Positions 45,419-56,120 of a DNA stretch of 64,000 bases are shown piece after piece (positions within the stretch are counted from its first letter, which is position 1; each line of letters opens with the position of its first letter). The translations under genes and the position numbers were made by a program. The stretch is from contig JABLXY010000003.1 in the NCBI GenBank assembly GCA_013177795.1, forward strand, positions 101,244 to 165,243, in the 5' to 3' direction. Origin of the DNA: Syntrophaceae bacterium. Lineage in GTDB: Bacteria > Desulfobacterota > Syntrophia > Syntrophales > UBA2192. The notes beneath the pieces are model-generated. The model was not told the DNA's origin, did not search any database, and was given only the letters and a program-made list of their open reading frames with translations.

Positions 45419-46324
45419 ATGCCGCAGAATCTCTTCAAGATCCACGAGAAGGAATACGTCCTGCCCGGCACGAGGGCCTGCCAGGGCTGCGGGCTCTCCA
45501 TCGCCTACCGCTTCGCCCTCAAGGCCCTGCGGGAGGACACGATCGTGACGTTTCCGGCCTGCTGCCTTTGCGTCCTCCACGGTCTTTATCCGCTCACGCC
45601 GGTCCTCGTCCCCAGCGTGAATTCCACCTTCGCCGCGACGGCCGCCTCGGCATCGGGCATCGCGGCGGGGCTTGCCGCCCTGAACCGGACGGAGACGACC
45701 GTCGTGGCCTTCGCCGGCGACGGGGGCACCTACGACATGGGCATCCAGGCCCTGTCGGGGGCCGCCGAGCGGGGGACGGACTTCATCTACGTCGCATACG
45801 ACAACGAGGGCTACATGAACACGGGCACCCAGCGCTCGAGCGCGACGCCCATGGGTGCCCTCACGACGACGACCCCCGTGCTCACGAAGCAGCAGCACAA
45901 GAAGGACTTCCTGAAGATCATGGAGGCCCACCAGATCCCCTACATCGCCACGACGACGCCGGCCTACCCCATCGACCTCTACGACAAGTTCGTCCGGGCC
46001 AAGCGCATCAAGGGGACGCGCTTCATCCACATCCACACGCCCTGCCCCCCGGGTTGGCAGTACCCCACGAAGGACACGATCCGCATCGGACGGCTCGCCG
46101 TCGACACGGGCATCTGCGTGCTCTTCGAGGTGGAAAACGGCAAGTTCCGCTTCACGGGGCGCAGCCGCACGCTGGCCGAGAAGGGCAACAAGCTCCCCGT
46201 GGTGCACTACGTGGAGCGGCAGGGCCGCTTCAGGAAGATGAGCATCGAGCAGCTCAACCAGCTCCAGGCCTGGGTGGACGACCGCTGGGAGGAGTACAAG
46301 AGGAAGGCGGAGGAATCCAAGTGA
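45419..46324 (+). CDS. 2-oxoacid:ferredoxin oxidoreductase, beta (TPP-binding) subunit
   Basis: CQGCG..., GDGGTYDMGIQALSGAAERG (TPP GDG motif), YDNEGYMNTG. Confidence 0.9.
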   Translation: MPQNLFKIHEKEYVLPGTRACQGCGLSIAYRFALKALREDTIVTFPACCLCVLHGLYPLTPVLVPSVNSTFAATAASASGIAAGLAALNRTETTVVAFAGDGGTYDMGIQALSGAAERGTDFIYVAYDNEGYMNTGTQRSSATPMGALTTTTPVLTKQQHKKDFLKIMEAHQIPYIATTTPAYPIDLYDKFVRAKRIKGTRFIHIHTPCPPGWQYPTKDTIRIGRLAVDTGICVLFEVENGKFRFTGRSRTLAEKGNKLPVVHYVERQGRFRKMSIEQLNQLQAWVDDRWEEYKRKAEESK

Positions 46325-46350
46325 CCGGAAGGTAAGAAGGAGGAAAAGAC

Positions 46351-47142
46351 ATGGATCTCGGATTGAATGGAAAGGTGGCCCTAGTGGCCGGGGGGAGCCA
46401 GGGGCTCGGGCTTGCCGTGGCGATGGAATTCGCCCGCGAGGGGGCGAAGGTCGCCATCTGCGCCCTCGACGACCCGCACCTGCAGGAGGCCGCCGAAGCC
46501 CTGCAGAAGGCAACGGGCGGCCGCGCCTTTGCCATCCCGGCGGACGTATCGGACCTCGGGCAGGCAAAGGAGTTCGTCAAGAAGGCGTCGGCCCATTTCG
46601 GCACGGTGGACATTCTCGTGAACAACGCCGGTGGGCCCCCCTCGATGAGTTTCCTCGAGATCGACGACGAGCTGTGGCTCAGGGGGTGCCGCCTGAACCT
46701 CCTCTCCACGATCGTGATGACGCGCGAGGCCGTCCCCATCATGAAGGAGAAGCGCTGGGGACGGATCATCAACATGACCTCCATCGCCGTCAAGCAGCCC
46801 ATCGACGGCCTCATCCTGTCCAACACGGTGCGCTCGGGCGTGATCGGCTTCGCCAAGTCGCTCTCCAACGAGCTGGCCCCCTTCAACATCACCGTCAACA
46901 GCGTCTGCCCGGGCTACACCATGACGGACCGCGTGCGCAACCTTGCCAAGGTGCTGGCGGCCAAGCAGGGGACGACCCCCGAGGCGATCATCGGAAAGTG
47001 GGAGGCCGAGATTCCCATGCGGCGCATCGGAACCCCCGAGGAATTTGCGAGCCTCGTCGCCTATCTCGCCTCGGAGCGGGCGGGCTACATCACAGGCGCC
47101 GCCGTCCAGATCGACGGGGGGTGGTACAAGGGGATCATGTGA
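46351..47142 (+). CDS. SDR-family protein, atypical (catalytic YxxxK replaced)
   Basis: Rossmann GGSQGLGLA, NNAG and PGYTMTD. Aligned by eye to FabG, the YAAAK position reads SNTVR. Confidence 0.8.
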   Translation: MDLGLNGKVALVAGGSQGLGLAVAMEFAREGAKVAICALDDPHLQEAAEALQKATGGRAFAIPADVSDLGQAKEFVKKASAHFGTVDILVNNAGGPPSMSFLEIDDELWLRGCRLNLLSTIVMTREAVPIMKEKRWGRIINMTSIAVKQPIDGLILSNTVRSGVIGFAKSLSNELAPFNITVNSVCPGYTMTDRVRNLAKVLAAKQGTTPEAIIGKWEAEIPMRRIGTPEEFASLVAYLASERAGYITGAAVQIDGGWYKGIM

Positions 47143-47276
47143 CAAAGGCAGGCGTGAGGCATAAGGCGAAAGGCGTTTGGCGAAGGGCAAAAGGCTGAGG
47201 GCGCAATGCAAAGAGGGCATCGGGAGATTCGTTCCCGATGCCCTTTCTTTTTCTCAGCCTCTCACCTCCCACCCTT
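47143..47276. repeat. Family B repeat element enclosing a terminator hairpin
   Basis: caaaggc aggcgtg aggcata aggcgaa aggcgtt tggcgaa gggcaaa aggctga ggg ... ctcagcctctcacctcccaccctt. Confidence 0.6.
47214..47252. terminator. Bidirectional intrinsic terminator between convergent genes
   Basis: Perfect 12-bp stem AGGGCATCGGGA / TCCCGATGCCCT, 7-nt loop, then TTCTTTTT. Confidence 0.7.
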
Positions 47277-49319
47277 CTTCTGCTGGGCCAGGGCGTCCCT
47301 GAGGTTCTCGCGGGCCATTCGGTAATCGGGGTCCAGCCGAACGGCCTCCCGGAAGTGGTCGACCGCCTCGTCGATGCGGTTTCTCAGCATCAGGGCGCTG
47401 CCGAGATTGTTGTGGGCCCTGGCGTATTCGGGCGAGAGGCGGACAGCCTCGCGGAAATGCCTGATGGCCTCGTCGACCCGTCCCTTGTAGACGTAGATGC
47501 TCCCGATGTTGTAGTGCAGCTTCGCATCGCCGGGCTGCCACTCGAGGGCCGCCAGGCCCCAGGACAAGGCCTCGTCGACCCGGCCCTTCAGCAAACAGGC
47601 CTCGGCAAGTCCCGCGAACGCCCTGGGCTGGGGTTCGGGGGTACGGATTGCCCGTTCGAAATAGGATACGGCGCCATCTGCGTCCCCTCGTTCCAGGGCA
47701 AGGTTGCCGTTGGCGTAGGCCGCATCCGCGTAGTCTGGATTCAGTGCAAGAGCCTTCTTGTATGCCTCAACAGCTTCGCTCCGCCTTTCCATTCTTTCCA
47801 GAGCCACACCCCGGTTGTAGTGGGCGTGAGCGAAACGGGGGGCTATCTCGATTGCCTTTTCGATGTGCCCCAGGCCCTCGTCCGCCTTCCCGTCCGCAAT
47901 CAGAGCGGCACCGAGGTTGGTGTGCGCAAGGTAGTTCTTTTCCGTGACGGCCAGGGCGCGCGTGAAGAGCGCGTGACTGTCCCTCCAGTGGAAGATCTGG
48001 CCGTGGGTCACGATCGTGCATGCGGCAAGTACCCCGAGGGCCGCCGCCGCGGGAACGGCCGTCGGCAGCCGGAGCCGTTTCGCCAGGTCCCGTCCCCCCC
48101 AGCTCAAGGCGACGAAGGGGCCGATCAGGGGGATGTACGTGTAGCGGTCCGCCATGGCGGCATCCCCGAGCTTGACAAGGCCGATCACGGGCACGAGCGT
48201 CACGAGATACCAGAGCCAGCCGAACACGAGGTAGGGAAACGCCCGGCCCCACCGGAACACCGCAGCCGAGAGAGCGGCAAGGAGCAGGGCGCTTGCAAGA
48301 ACGGCCGCGGGGGACCACGGCTGCAGGGGGTAGAACACGGCAAGCCCCGAGGGCCAGACCGTCTTCCACAGATAGAGGACGTACGACACCAGGGCATTGC
48401 CCACGCGGTCGGCAAGCGACAGGTGGGTGAGGGATACCACGGCGCCGCTCTTCTGCTGCGTGATGATCGCCGTCACGCCGGCGGCGATCGACAGGGCGAG
48501 AAGCGGGACTTTCTCCGCGAAAAGGGGAATGAATCGCCGCAGGTCGCCGGCGGCGCCGGCTTGCGCCGCCGGCTTGCGCCCCGCTTGTCCCCCCCGGCGT
48601 TTCCTGCCGCCGGATGACGAGCGGGGGGGCGGCACAGCCTTCGCCGGTGCGGGGGTGCGGGCCGTCTCGTGGCGTCCGAGGGGCCAGAAATCCATCAGCA
48701 GCAGGATGAGGGGCAGGGTCATGAGCATGGACTTGGCCATGAGGCCCGCCGTGAACAGCAAGACCACGGACAGATACCGCGCAGGCCCCTTCCGCTCGGC
48801 GTAGAGGACATAGGCCCCCATCGTCAGCATCCAGAAGAAGGCGCTCAGGACGTCCTTGCGCTCGGAGATCCATGCGACGGACTCCACGTGCAGGGGGTGC
48901 AGGGCGAACAGGGCGGCGGCGAAGGCGCTGGGCCACCGGGCCTGCGTCGCCCGCCGCAGGACGAGGAAGAGAAGGATCGCGTTGAGCGCGTGAAAGACGA
49001 CGTTGACCAGGTGATGGGCGCCGGGGCCGGCCCCGAAAATCTGGCAGTCGAGCATGTACGACAGCCACGTCAGCGGGTGCCAGTTCCCCAGGGTCGTCAT
49101 CGTGAAGGCCCACTTCACGCCGTACCCCGTGAGGCCGCGCTGCACGATGAGATTGTCCCGGACGTAGAACGGGTCATCGTAATTGACGTAGTCGAAGTCC
49201 CTGACCTGTGCGTAGACCGCGGCGGTCACGACCAGCAGGGCGATCACGATGAGGGCGTCGTAACGGAGCTTGGATCCTCCCTCTTTGCTAAAGGGGGATC
49301 GAGGTGGATTCTCTTCCAT
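47262..49319 (-). CDS. Membrane GT-C-like glycosyltransferase domain fused to C-terminal TPR repeats (TMTC/PMT_2-like)
   Basis: Multiple TM helices. The first loop has YVNYDDPFYVRDN (acidic DD motif). The C-terminal approximately 230 aa carry canonical TPR units (AHTNLGAALIADGKADEGL, AHYNRGVALERMERRSEAV, and so on). Confidence 0.75.
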   Translation of the reverse strand: MEENPPRSPFSKEGGSKLRYDALIVIALLVVTAAVYAQVRDFDYVNYDDPFYVRDNLIVQRGLTGYGVKWAFTMTTLGNWHPLTWLSYMLDCQIFGAGPGAHHLVNVVFHALNAILLFLVLRRATQARWPSAFAAALFALHPLHVESVAWISERKDVLSAFFWMLTMGAYVLYAERKGPARYLSVVLLFTAGLMAKSMLMTLPLILLLMDFWPLGRHETARTPAPAKAVPPPRSSSGGRKRRGGQAGRKPAAQAGAAGDLRRFIPLFAEKVPLLALSIAAGVTAIITQQKSGAVVSLTHLSLADRVGNALVSYVLYLWKTVWPSGLAVFYPLQPWSPAAVLASALLLAALSAAVFRWGRAFPYLVFGWLWYLVTLVPVIGLVKLGDAAMADRYTYIPLIGPFVALSWGGRDLAKRLRLPTAVPAAAALGVLAACTIVTHGQIFHWRDSHALFTRALAVTEKNYLAHTNLGAALIADGKADEGLGHIEKAIEIAPRFAHAHYNRGVALERMERRSEAVEAYKKALALNPDYADAAYANGNLALERGDADGAVSYFERAIRTPEPQPRAFAGLAEACLLKGRVDEALSWGLAALEWQPGDAKLHYNIGSIYVYKGRVDEAIRHFREAVRLSPEYARAHNNLGSALMLRNRIDEAVDHFREAVRLDPDYRMARENLRDALAQQKKGGR

Positions 49320-49452
49320 CGAGTCGAGCCGTTTCCGCAGGAGCTTCGGCCGCGCGGGCAGCACCCCGCACTCTAGGGCTGGGTCGCGCGTTTCGTCAAG
49401 GGAATTCTCCGCCTGCTCCCGGGCCGGCCGTCGTTCGTTTTCCCTTCATGTT

Positions 49453-51162
49453 CTACTGCGCCGCGGCGTGGGGTTCCGTCCCCGGTGAAGGGGCGGCCGT
49501 GTCCGCCGTCCCGCGGTTCCGGATGAGCCATTCCAGACGGTCCAGGAGGACCCCGAAGGTGGACGGGTTGCGGGCCGAGATGGCGATGGCGTCGAACCGC
49601 TTGCAGAGGTCCGAGAGCAGTCCTTTGTCGGCCAGCCGGTCCTCCTTGTTGAAGACGCGGATCGTGGGCTTGGCCGCGATGTCGAGATCCGCGAGAATCT
49701 TTTCCACGGCGGCGATGTGCTCCTCGAAATCGGGGTTGCTCACGTCGATGAGGTGCACGAGCACGTCGGCCTCGTTGAGCTCCTCGAGCGTGGCGCGGAA
49801 CGCGGCGAAGAGCTCCTTCGGCAGGTTGCGGATGAACCCGACCGTGTCGGTGATGACGGCCTCGGTGTCGCGGGGGAAACGCAGCCGCGAGCTCTTCGGG
49901 TCGAGGGTGGCAAAGAGCCGGTCCTCGGCAAGGACGTCGCTCTGGGTCAGGGCGTTGAGCAGCGTGGACTTTCCCGCGTTGGTGTACCCGACGATGGAGA
50001 TGACCGGGAGCCCCGCCTTCTCGCGGCCCGCCCTGCGCGTGCTGCGGCTCTTCTGGATGCCCTTGAGGGCCTCCTCGAGCCTGTGGATCCGGTCCCGCAC
50101 CCGCCTGCGGTTGATCTCGAGCTTCGTCTCGCCGGGCCCGGTGCCGCCGATCCCGCCCGTGAGGCGCGACATGGCCGTGTTCTTCTCGATGAGGCGGGGG
50201 AGCATGTACTTGAGCTGGGCGAGCTCCACCTGGATCTTGCCGTCCCGGCTGTGGGCTCTCTGGGCGAAGATGTCCAGGATCACCTGCGTGCGGTCGATGA
50301 CCTTGAGCTCCGTGAAGTCCGTGATGGAGCGGACCTGCGCGGGCGTGAGCTCGTGGTCGAAGATGAGGAGGTTGGCGCCGATCTGCAGCGCGCGGATCAC
50401 CGTGTCGGAGAGCCGCCCCTTGCCCATGAGGTATTTCGGGTCGATCTCCGGGCGGTGCTGGGTGATCGAGTCGAAGACCTCCACCCCGCAGGACTCGGCC
50501 AGTTCCTTCAATTCGGGCAGGGTGTCCACCCGGCTGCGCGGGTTCGTCTCGACGCGGATGAGGATGGCCCGCTCCCGGGAGGCGACCCGCCGGGTGCGCT
50601 GCGTCCTCGCGATCTGGTCCTCCAGGTCGCGGATGAAGCCGGCGAAGTCCAGGTCCATCCGGGACGGGTGGACGGGCTCCGTCTGGAGCCAGTAGCGGCC
50701 GTCGGGGTTCTCCGGGATGAGGTGGGCGGAGTGGGTCCTGCCGGGCCGGCCGTCTTCCTCCACCGTCACGGCGCTGATGTAGTCGAGGCGCAGCAGTGCG
50801 AGGTCGGTGAGGTCGTCCCGGGTGAGAGGCTCCCCGCCGAGGTGGGTGTGAACGAGCCGCAGCCCCTTGAGGCGGCCCTCCCCGGAGCGGAACTCGTCGA
50901 GGCTGGGGATGACGATCTGGCGGTGATCGCCGACGACGACGAAATGGATGTCGCCCTTGCGGCTGATCAGGACGCCGATCTGCCGGTTGGTCTCCCGGGA
51001 GATCTCGCACAGATGCCGGGCGAGCTCGAGGGTGAGGACCCTGTCGATGGGGATTTTGCGGCGGTAGAGCTGCTGGATGCGCCGGATCTGACCGGCCTTG
51101 AGACCGGCCGTGTTGCCGTAGATGCGGTTGATGCTTGTGCCTCCGAAAATGGCAAAGGGCAA
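49453..51162 (-). CDS. hflX: GTPase HflX with approximately 190-aa N-terminal extension
   Basis: HflX N-domain (ILIFDHELTPAQVRSI), GGIGGTGPGETKLE, G domain (VGYTNAGKSTLLN, DTVGF, NKED). The only in-frame start for the extension is a TTG at 51162, inside a Family B repeat. Confidence 0.85.
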   Translation of the reverse strand: MPFAIFGGTSINRIYGNTAGLKAGQIRRIQQLYRRKIPIDRVLTLELARHLCEISRETNRQIGVLISRKGDIHFVVVGDHRQIVIPSLDEFRSGEGRLKGLRLVHTHLGGEPLTRDDLTDLALLRLDYISAVTVEEDGRPGRTHSAHLIPENPDGRYWLQTEPVHPSRMDLDFAGFIRDLEDQIARTQRTRRVASRERAILIRVETNPRSRVDTLPELKELAESCGVEVFDSITQHRPEIDPKYLMGKGRLSDTVIRALQIGANLLIFDHELTPAQVRSITDFTELKVIDRTQVILDIFAQRAHSRDGKIQVELAQLKYMLPRLIEKNTAMSRLTGGIGGTGPGETKLEINRRRVRDRIHRLEEALKGIQKSRSTRRAGREKAGLPVISIVGYTNAGKSTLLNALTQSDVLAEDRLFATLDPKSSRLRFPRDTEAVITDTVGFIRNLPKELFAAFRATLEELNEADVLVHLIDVSNPDFEEHIAAVEKILADLDIAAKPTIRVFNKEDRLADKGLLSDLCKRFDAIAISARNPSTFGVLLDRLEWLIRNRGTADTAAPSPGTEPHAAAQ

Positions 51163-51230
51163 AGGGCTAAAGGCGAATGGCGAAGAAAAATCCCTTTTTA
51201 CCCTTGGCCTTCAGCCCTTCGCCGTTTGCC
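51151..51230. repeat. Family B repeat element with inverted arms
   Basis: ggcaaag ggcaaag ggctaaa ggcgaat ggcgaag ... cccttggccttcagcccttcgccgtttgcc. Confidence 0.65.
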
Positions 51231-51236
51231 TGGGTT

Positions 51237-51440
51237 TCATTTGAACTTGTGCGGGTTGACCCGGCGCTCCATCGTGTCGAGGAACTTGGACCAGGCGTCG
51301 GTCTTGAAGGGCGAAACGCGCTTGCGGGACTTCCCGGCGCCGCACTTCGGACAGGGGAAATCCGCCCCCTCCTCGCTCAGCTTGTGGAAGACCTCGAAGA
51401 CGTGGGCGCACTTGACGCATTCGTAGTCGTATAAGGGCAT
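51237..51440 (-). CDS. FmdB-family zinc-ribbon protein
   Basis: MPLYDYECVKCAHVFEV...CPKCG is the classic FmdB/CxxC-CxxC_SSSS pattern. Confidence 0.85.
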   Translation of the reverse strand: MPLYDYECVKCAHVFEVFHKLSEEGADFPCPKCGAGKSRKRVSPFKTDAWSKFLDTMERRVNPHKFK

Positions 51441-51461
51441 GATCGCAACTCCGTTGCTTGC

Positions 51462-51555
51462 GGCAAAAGGCTAATGGCAAAAGGCTGAGGGGTAAGAGCA
51501 GCTTGCATTGCCGTAAGCCCTTTGCCATGCGCCGCAAGCCATTTACGCTTTCGGC
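51462..51555. repeat. Family B repeat element with inverted arms
   Basis: ggcaaaa ggctaat ggcaaaa ggctgag ggg ... attgccgtaagccctttgccatgcgccgcaagccatttacgc. Confidence 0.6.
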
Positions 51556-51737
51556 GTAAATATGTCTCAGCCCCGGGGTCTTGTCAAGACGATTTGGCGG
51601 GGAATTCCGGGGTGATGGGGTTATGAAATCATTCACCCTCCCCTTGTCCCCTCCCGTCGAGGGAGGGGATACAAGAGAGGCGTTTTTCAAAAGTCACGGA
51701 CCCGTCTTCGCAACGGGCCAGGGAAGGGGATTTGCCT

Positions 51738-51780
51738 GCAAAAGGAAAACCCCGGAGGGCTTGTGCCCCCCGGGGTTTTT
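51738..51780 (-). terminator. Intrinsic terminator after the porin gene (palindromic, could act on both strands)
   Basis: AAACCCCGG ... CCGGGGTTT 9-bp stem, with T-rich tracts on both sides. Confidence 0.6.
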
Positions 51781-51809
51781 TGCTGCATGCAACTGCCGGT
51801 CGCGACCGC

Positions 51810-53174
51810 TTAGAACGTGAAGTTCAGGGCGTTCATGACCATCCAGCAGTCGTCGAGCTGGGTGGCTGCGCTGGTGCCCTTGAAGTAATCGCCGGTCCAG
51901 AAGTAGCCGAAGCCCACCGTGTAGCTCAGGTTGTTGTAGAGCTTGTAGGTCGCATAGATGTCGAGCTCGCGGCCGTAGTCGTCATCAATGTAGCCGCTCG
52001 GCTTCTCGTCGGCCTTCAGCCACGCGAACTGGGCCACCACTTCGAGCTGCGGGTTGACCTTCCAGCCGACGTAGGGCTTGAACATGATGAGGTTGGTCTC
52101 GCTGCCGCCGCCACCGGTCGCCGGGATGTTGTTCACGTAGGCGCCCGTCTTGTCCCTAACCTGGCCCAGGATGGCCTGGTGCTTGCTGAACCAGTAGTTG
52201 CCGAACATCAGCAGGGGATCCCAGCCCTGGCCGCCGGCGACGCCCGCCTCGTTCTTGTCCGTCGTGGTGGGGTCGTCGCCGCTGATGAAGGCGAACTCGA
52301 GGCCGCCGTAGAAGGCGCCCATCGTGTACTTCGGGTTCAGGTACAGCGAGTAGCCCTTGCGGGTGATGTCCGTCGTGGTCCCGTCGAAGTCCTGCTTACC
52401 CCAGATGTAGCGGAGCTCGGCCTCGATGGAGAAGGGGCCGGAGACCCACTGCACGTAGGGGGCCAGCTCGTGGTAGGTCGAGACCCACTCGGTAGCAGCC
52501 AGCGCGCCGTCCGTGGCGTTGCGGTCGAGCTCGTAGCGCAGGCCCGCCTGGCCCGTGGCCCAGCGGTAGATCGCGAAGATGTGGTAGACGTCGTGGTCGT
52601 TGTCCGTGCCGCCGACGGTGTAGCCGCCCTGGCGGGAGCCTTCACCGGAGGCGCTGGCATCGGCACGCTTCTCGTACTCGAGGCCGAAGGTCCAGGGGCC
52701 CATCATGTAGCGGTAGTGGATGCCTGCGTCGGAGTCGAAGTCGTCGCAGAACGCGCAGGTGCCCCAGGCGCGGGACTGCTGGTAGCCCACGTCAAACACG
52801 CCGTAGAGGGCGTTGAAGGTCACGTAGGCGCGCTCCCAGGAGATATTGCGCTCCGTGGCAACGGCACCCATGTTGGCCGTGGACGCCGCCGGGCTCGGGG
52901 CCGCCGCGGCCGGCTGCTCGCCCCACACCCTCTCGAGGGCGTCGAAGCGGGTCGTGAGCTTCAGGCCTTCCTGCACCTGGATCTCGAACTGCATTCTCAG
53001 GCGGTTCGCGATATTGGCGCGGGAGTCGCCGTTCTTCAGAAGGCTGACGTTATCGGCATAGGTGCCGTACACGTAGAGTTGCCCGCTCGCCTTGATGTTC
53101 GGCTGAGCGGAGGCCGTCATGGCGAAGCCCATGATCAGGCCGACAGCGAGGAAACCGATTAAAAGCTTCTTCAT
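51810..53174 (-). CDS. Putative outer-membrane beta-barrel porin
   Basis: Signal peptide MKKLLIGFLAVGLIMGFAMTASA after a GAGGAGG SD, alternating amphipathic strands, aromatic girdles and C-terminal ...NALNFTF. Confidence 0.65.
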   Translation of the reverse strand: MKKLLIGFLAVGLIMGFAMTASAQPNIKASGQLYVYGTYADNVSLLKNGDSRANIANRLRMQFEIQVQEGLKLTTRFDALERVWGEQPAAAAPSPAASTANMGAVATERNISWERAYVTFNALYGVFDVGYQQSRAWGTCAFCDDFDSDAGIHYRYMMGPWTFGLEYEKRADASASGEGSRQGGYTVGGTDNDHDVYHIFAIYRWATGQAGLRYELDRNATDGALAATEWVSTYHELAPYVQWVSGPFSIEAELRYIWGKQDFDGTTTDITRKGYSLYLNPKYTMGAFYGGLEFAFISGDDPTTTDKNEAGVAGGQGWDPLLMFGNYWFSKHQAILGQVRDKTGAYVNNIPATGGGGSETNLIMFKPYVGWKVNPQLEVVAQFAWLKADEKPSGYIDDDYGRELDIYATYKLYNNLSYTVGFGYFWTGDYFKGTSAATQLDDCWMVMNALNFTF

Positions 53175-53537
53175 TTTCTCCTCCTCTTTCGAGTTTGGGA
53201 TTGGTGAACGCCCCCCGGCAGGGCCGACGGGCATCCTGATGAATCCTGCGGCCTTGCGGCCGCCGGTTTCGGGATGGATGCTCCCTCCTTCCCGGCACCG
53301 AAACGGTTGCCCCTCACCCCCTTTCTCGGGGCACAGTGCCCCCCCTGTTTTACTAGCGTCAACCACTAACACCGGCGGCTGATGAGTGTCAAGCATTTTT
53401 TGGCCGGCGGCGACCCGGGACCCGGTCCCGCTGCGCCCGCACAAACCCTGGACACGCAATACCGCCAGTCCGTCATACGAAGAACGGCCCGATTATTGAG
53501 CAATTCCCGTACCACCCGGCAGTTGTGCCACGGGATG

Positions 53538-53566
53538 ATCTTAAGTTCTTGATATGATGATGTAAA
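53538..53566 (-). promoter_or_regulatory. Candidate sigma70 promoter for the porin gene
   Basis: On the minus strand: TTTACA, 17 nt, TAAGAT, in the only AT-rich patch of the intergenic region. Confidence 0.35.
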
Positions 53567-53709
53567 TTTACGGGCGGCGGATTCGCCCCCGCCAGCGCGG
53601 GTCGCCGGGAATGGCAAGCGGTGTGTAGAAAAAAACACATACTCGGCGGAATGAGGTTTTTTTGCAACGGTTTTGCCCGTAAAATCCGATGAAATCAGCC
53701 ACTTTTTTC

Positions 53710-53738
53710 TTGACAAAAAAGGACCGTCAACTTATAGT
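53710..53738 (+). promoter_or_regulatory. Candidate sigma70 promoter for acs
   Basis: TTGACA (53710-15), 17-nt spacer, TATAGT (53733-38). Confidence 0.6.
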
Positions 53739-53981
53739 GCGTCGGCTTTTCAGAGAGGGGAGCAAGGGAGTATCTTCATGCGCCGTTCCCATTCGGGAGG
53801 GCGCACTCGCCAGCCCGGCGTCGCCTCTGCCGGATCTCCAGCCCTCATCGAGCGGGCACGGGGCTTCCTCCGGGCGCTCAACCGGCCAGTGGACCCGGCC
53901 CGCGGGCGGGGTGTTTCGATACCGGGAAGGTTCTCCCTGGGATATCACCGAAAATAACGTTCATATGGAGGTGGAGTGGAG

Positions 53982-55943
<1,962 letters not shown>

Positions 55944-55948
55944 AAACG

Positions 55949-55996
55949 AGGCAAAAGGCATAGGGCGAAGGGCTCGAGGCGCAGAGGGAGAGAGGC
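55949..55996. repeat. Family B repeat, mainly a single arm
   Basis: aggcaaa aggcata gggcgaa gggctcg aggcgca gagggag agaggc starts 6 nt after the acs stop. Confidence 0.5.
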
Positions 55997-56120
55997 TTTT
56001 CATTTTCGACGCCGGGACCCTCAGCCGGATGCCGAAGGCATATCAACCAATGTGGGTCCGCGAACCGTCGGGCCGCCGAAGGGCGGCCCGGCGCGCCGCG
56101 TCCGAAGAAAGGAGGCAGCT

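Noticed and set aside
53523-53537. Minus-strand TGGCAC that could be a sigma54 -24 element for the porin gene.
   Set aside because: The sequence reads TGGCACAACTGCCGG, so the GC of the -12 element is not at the required spacing.
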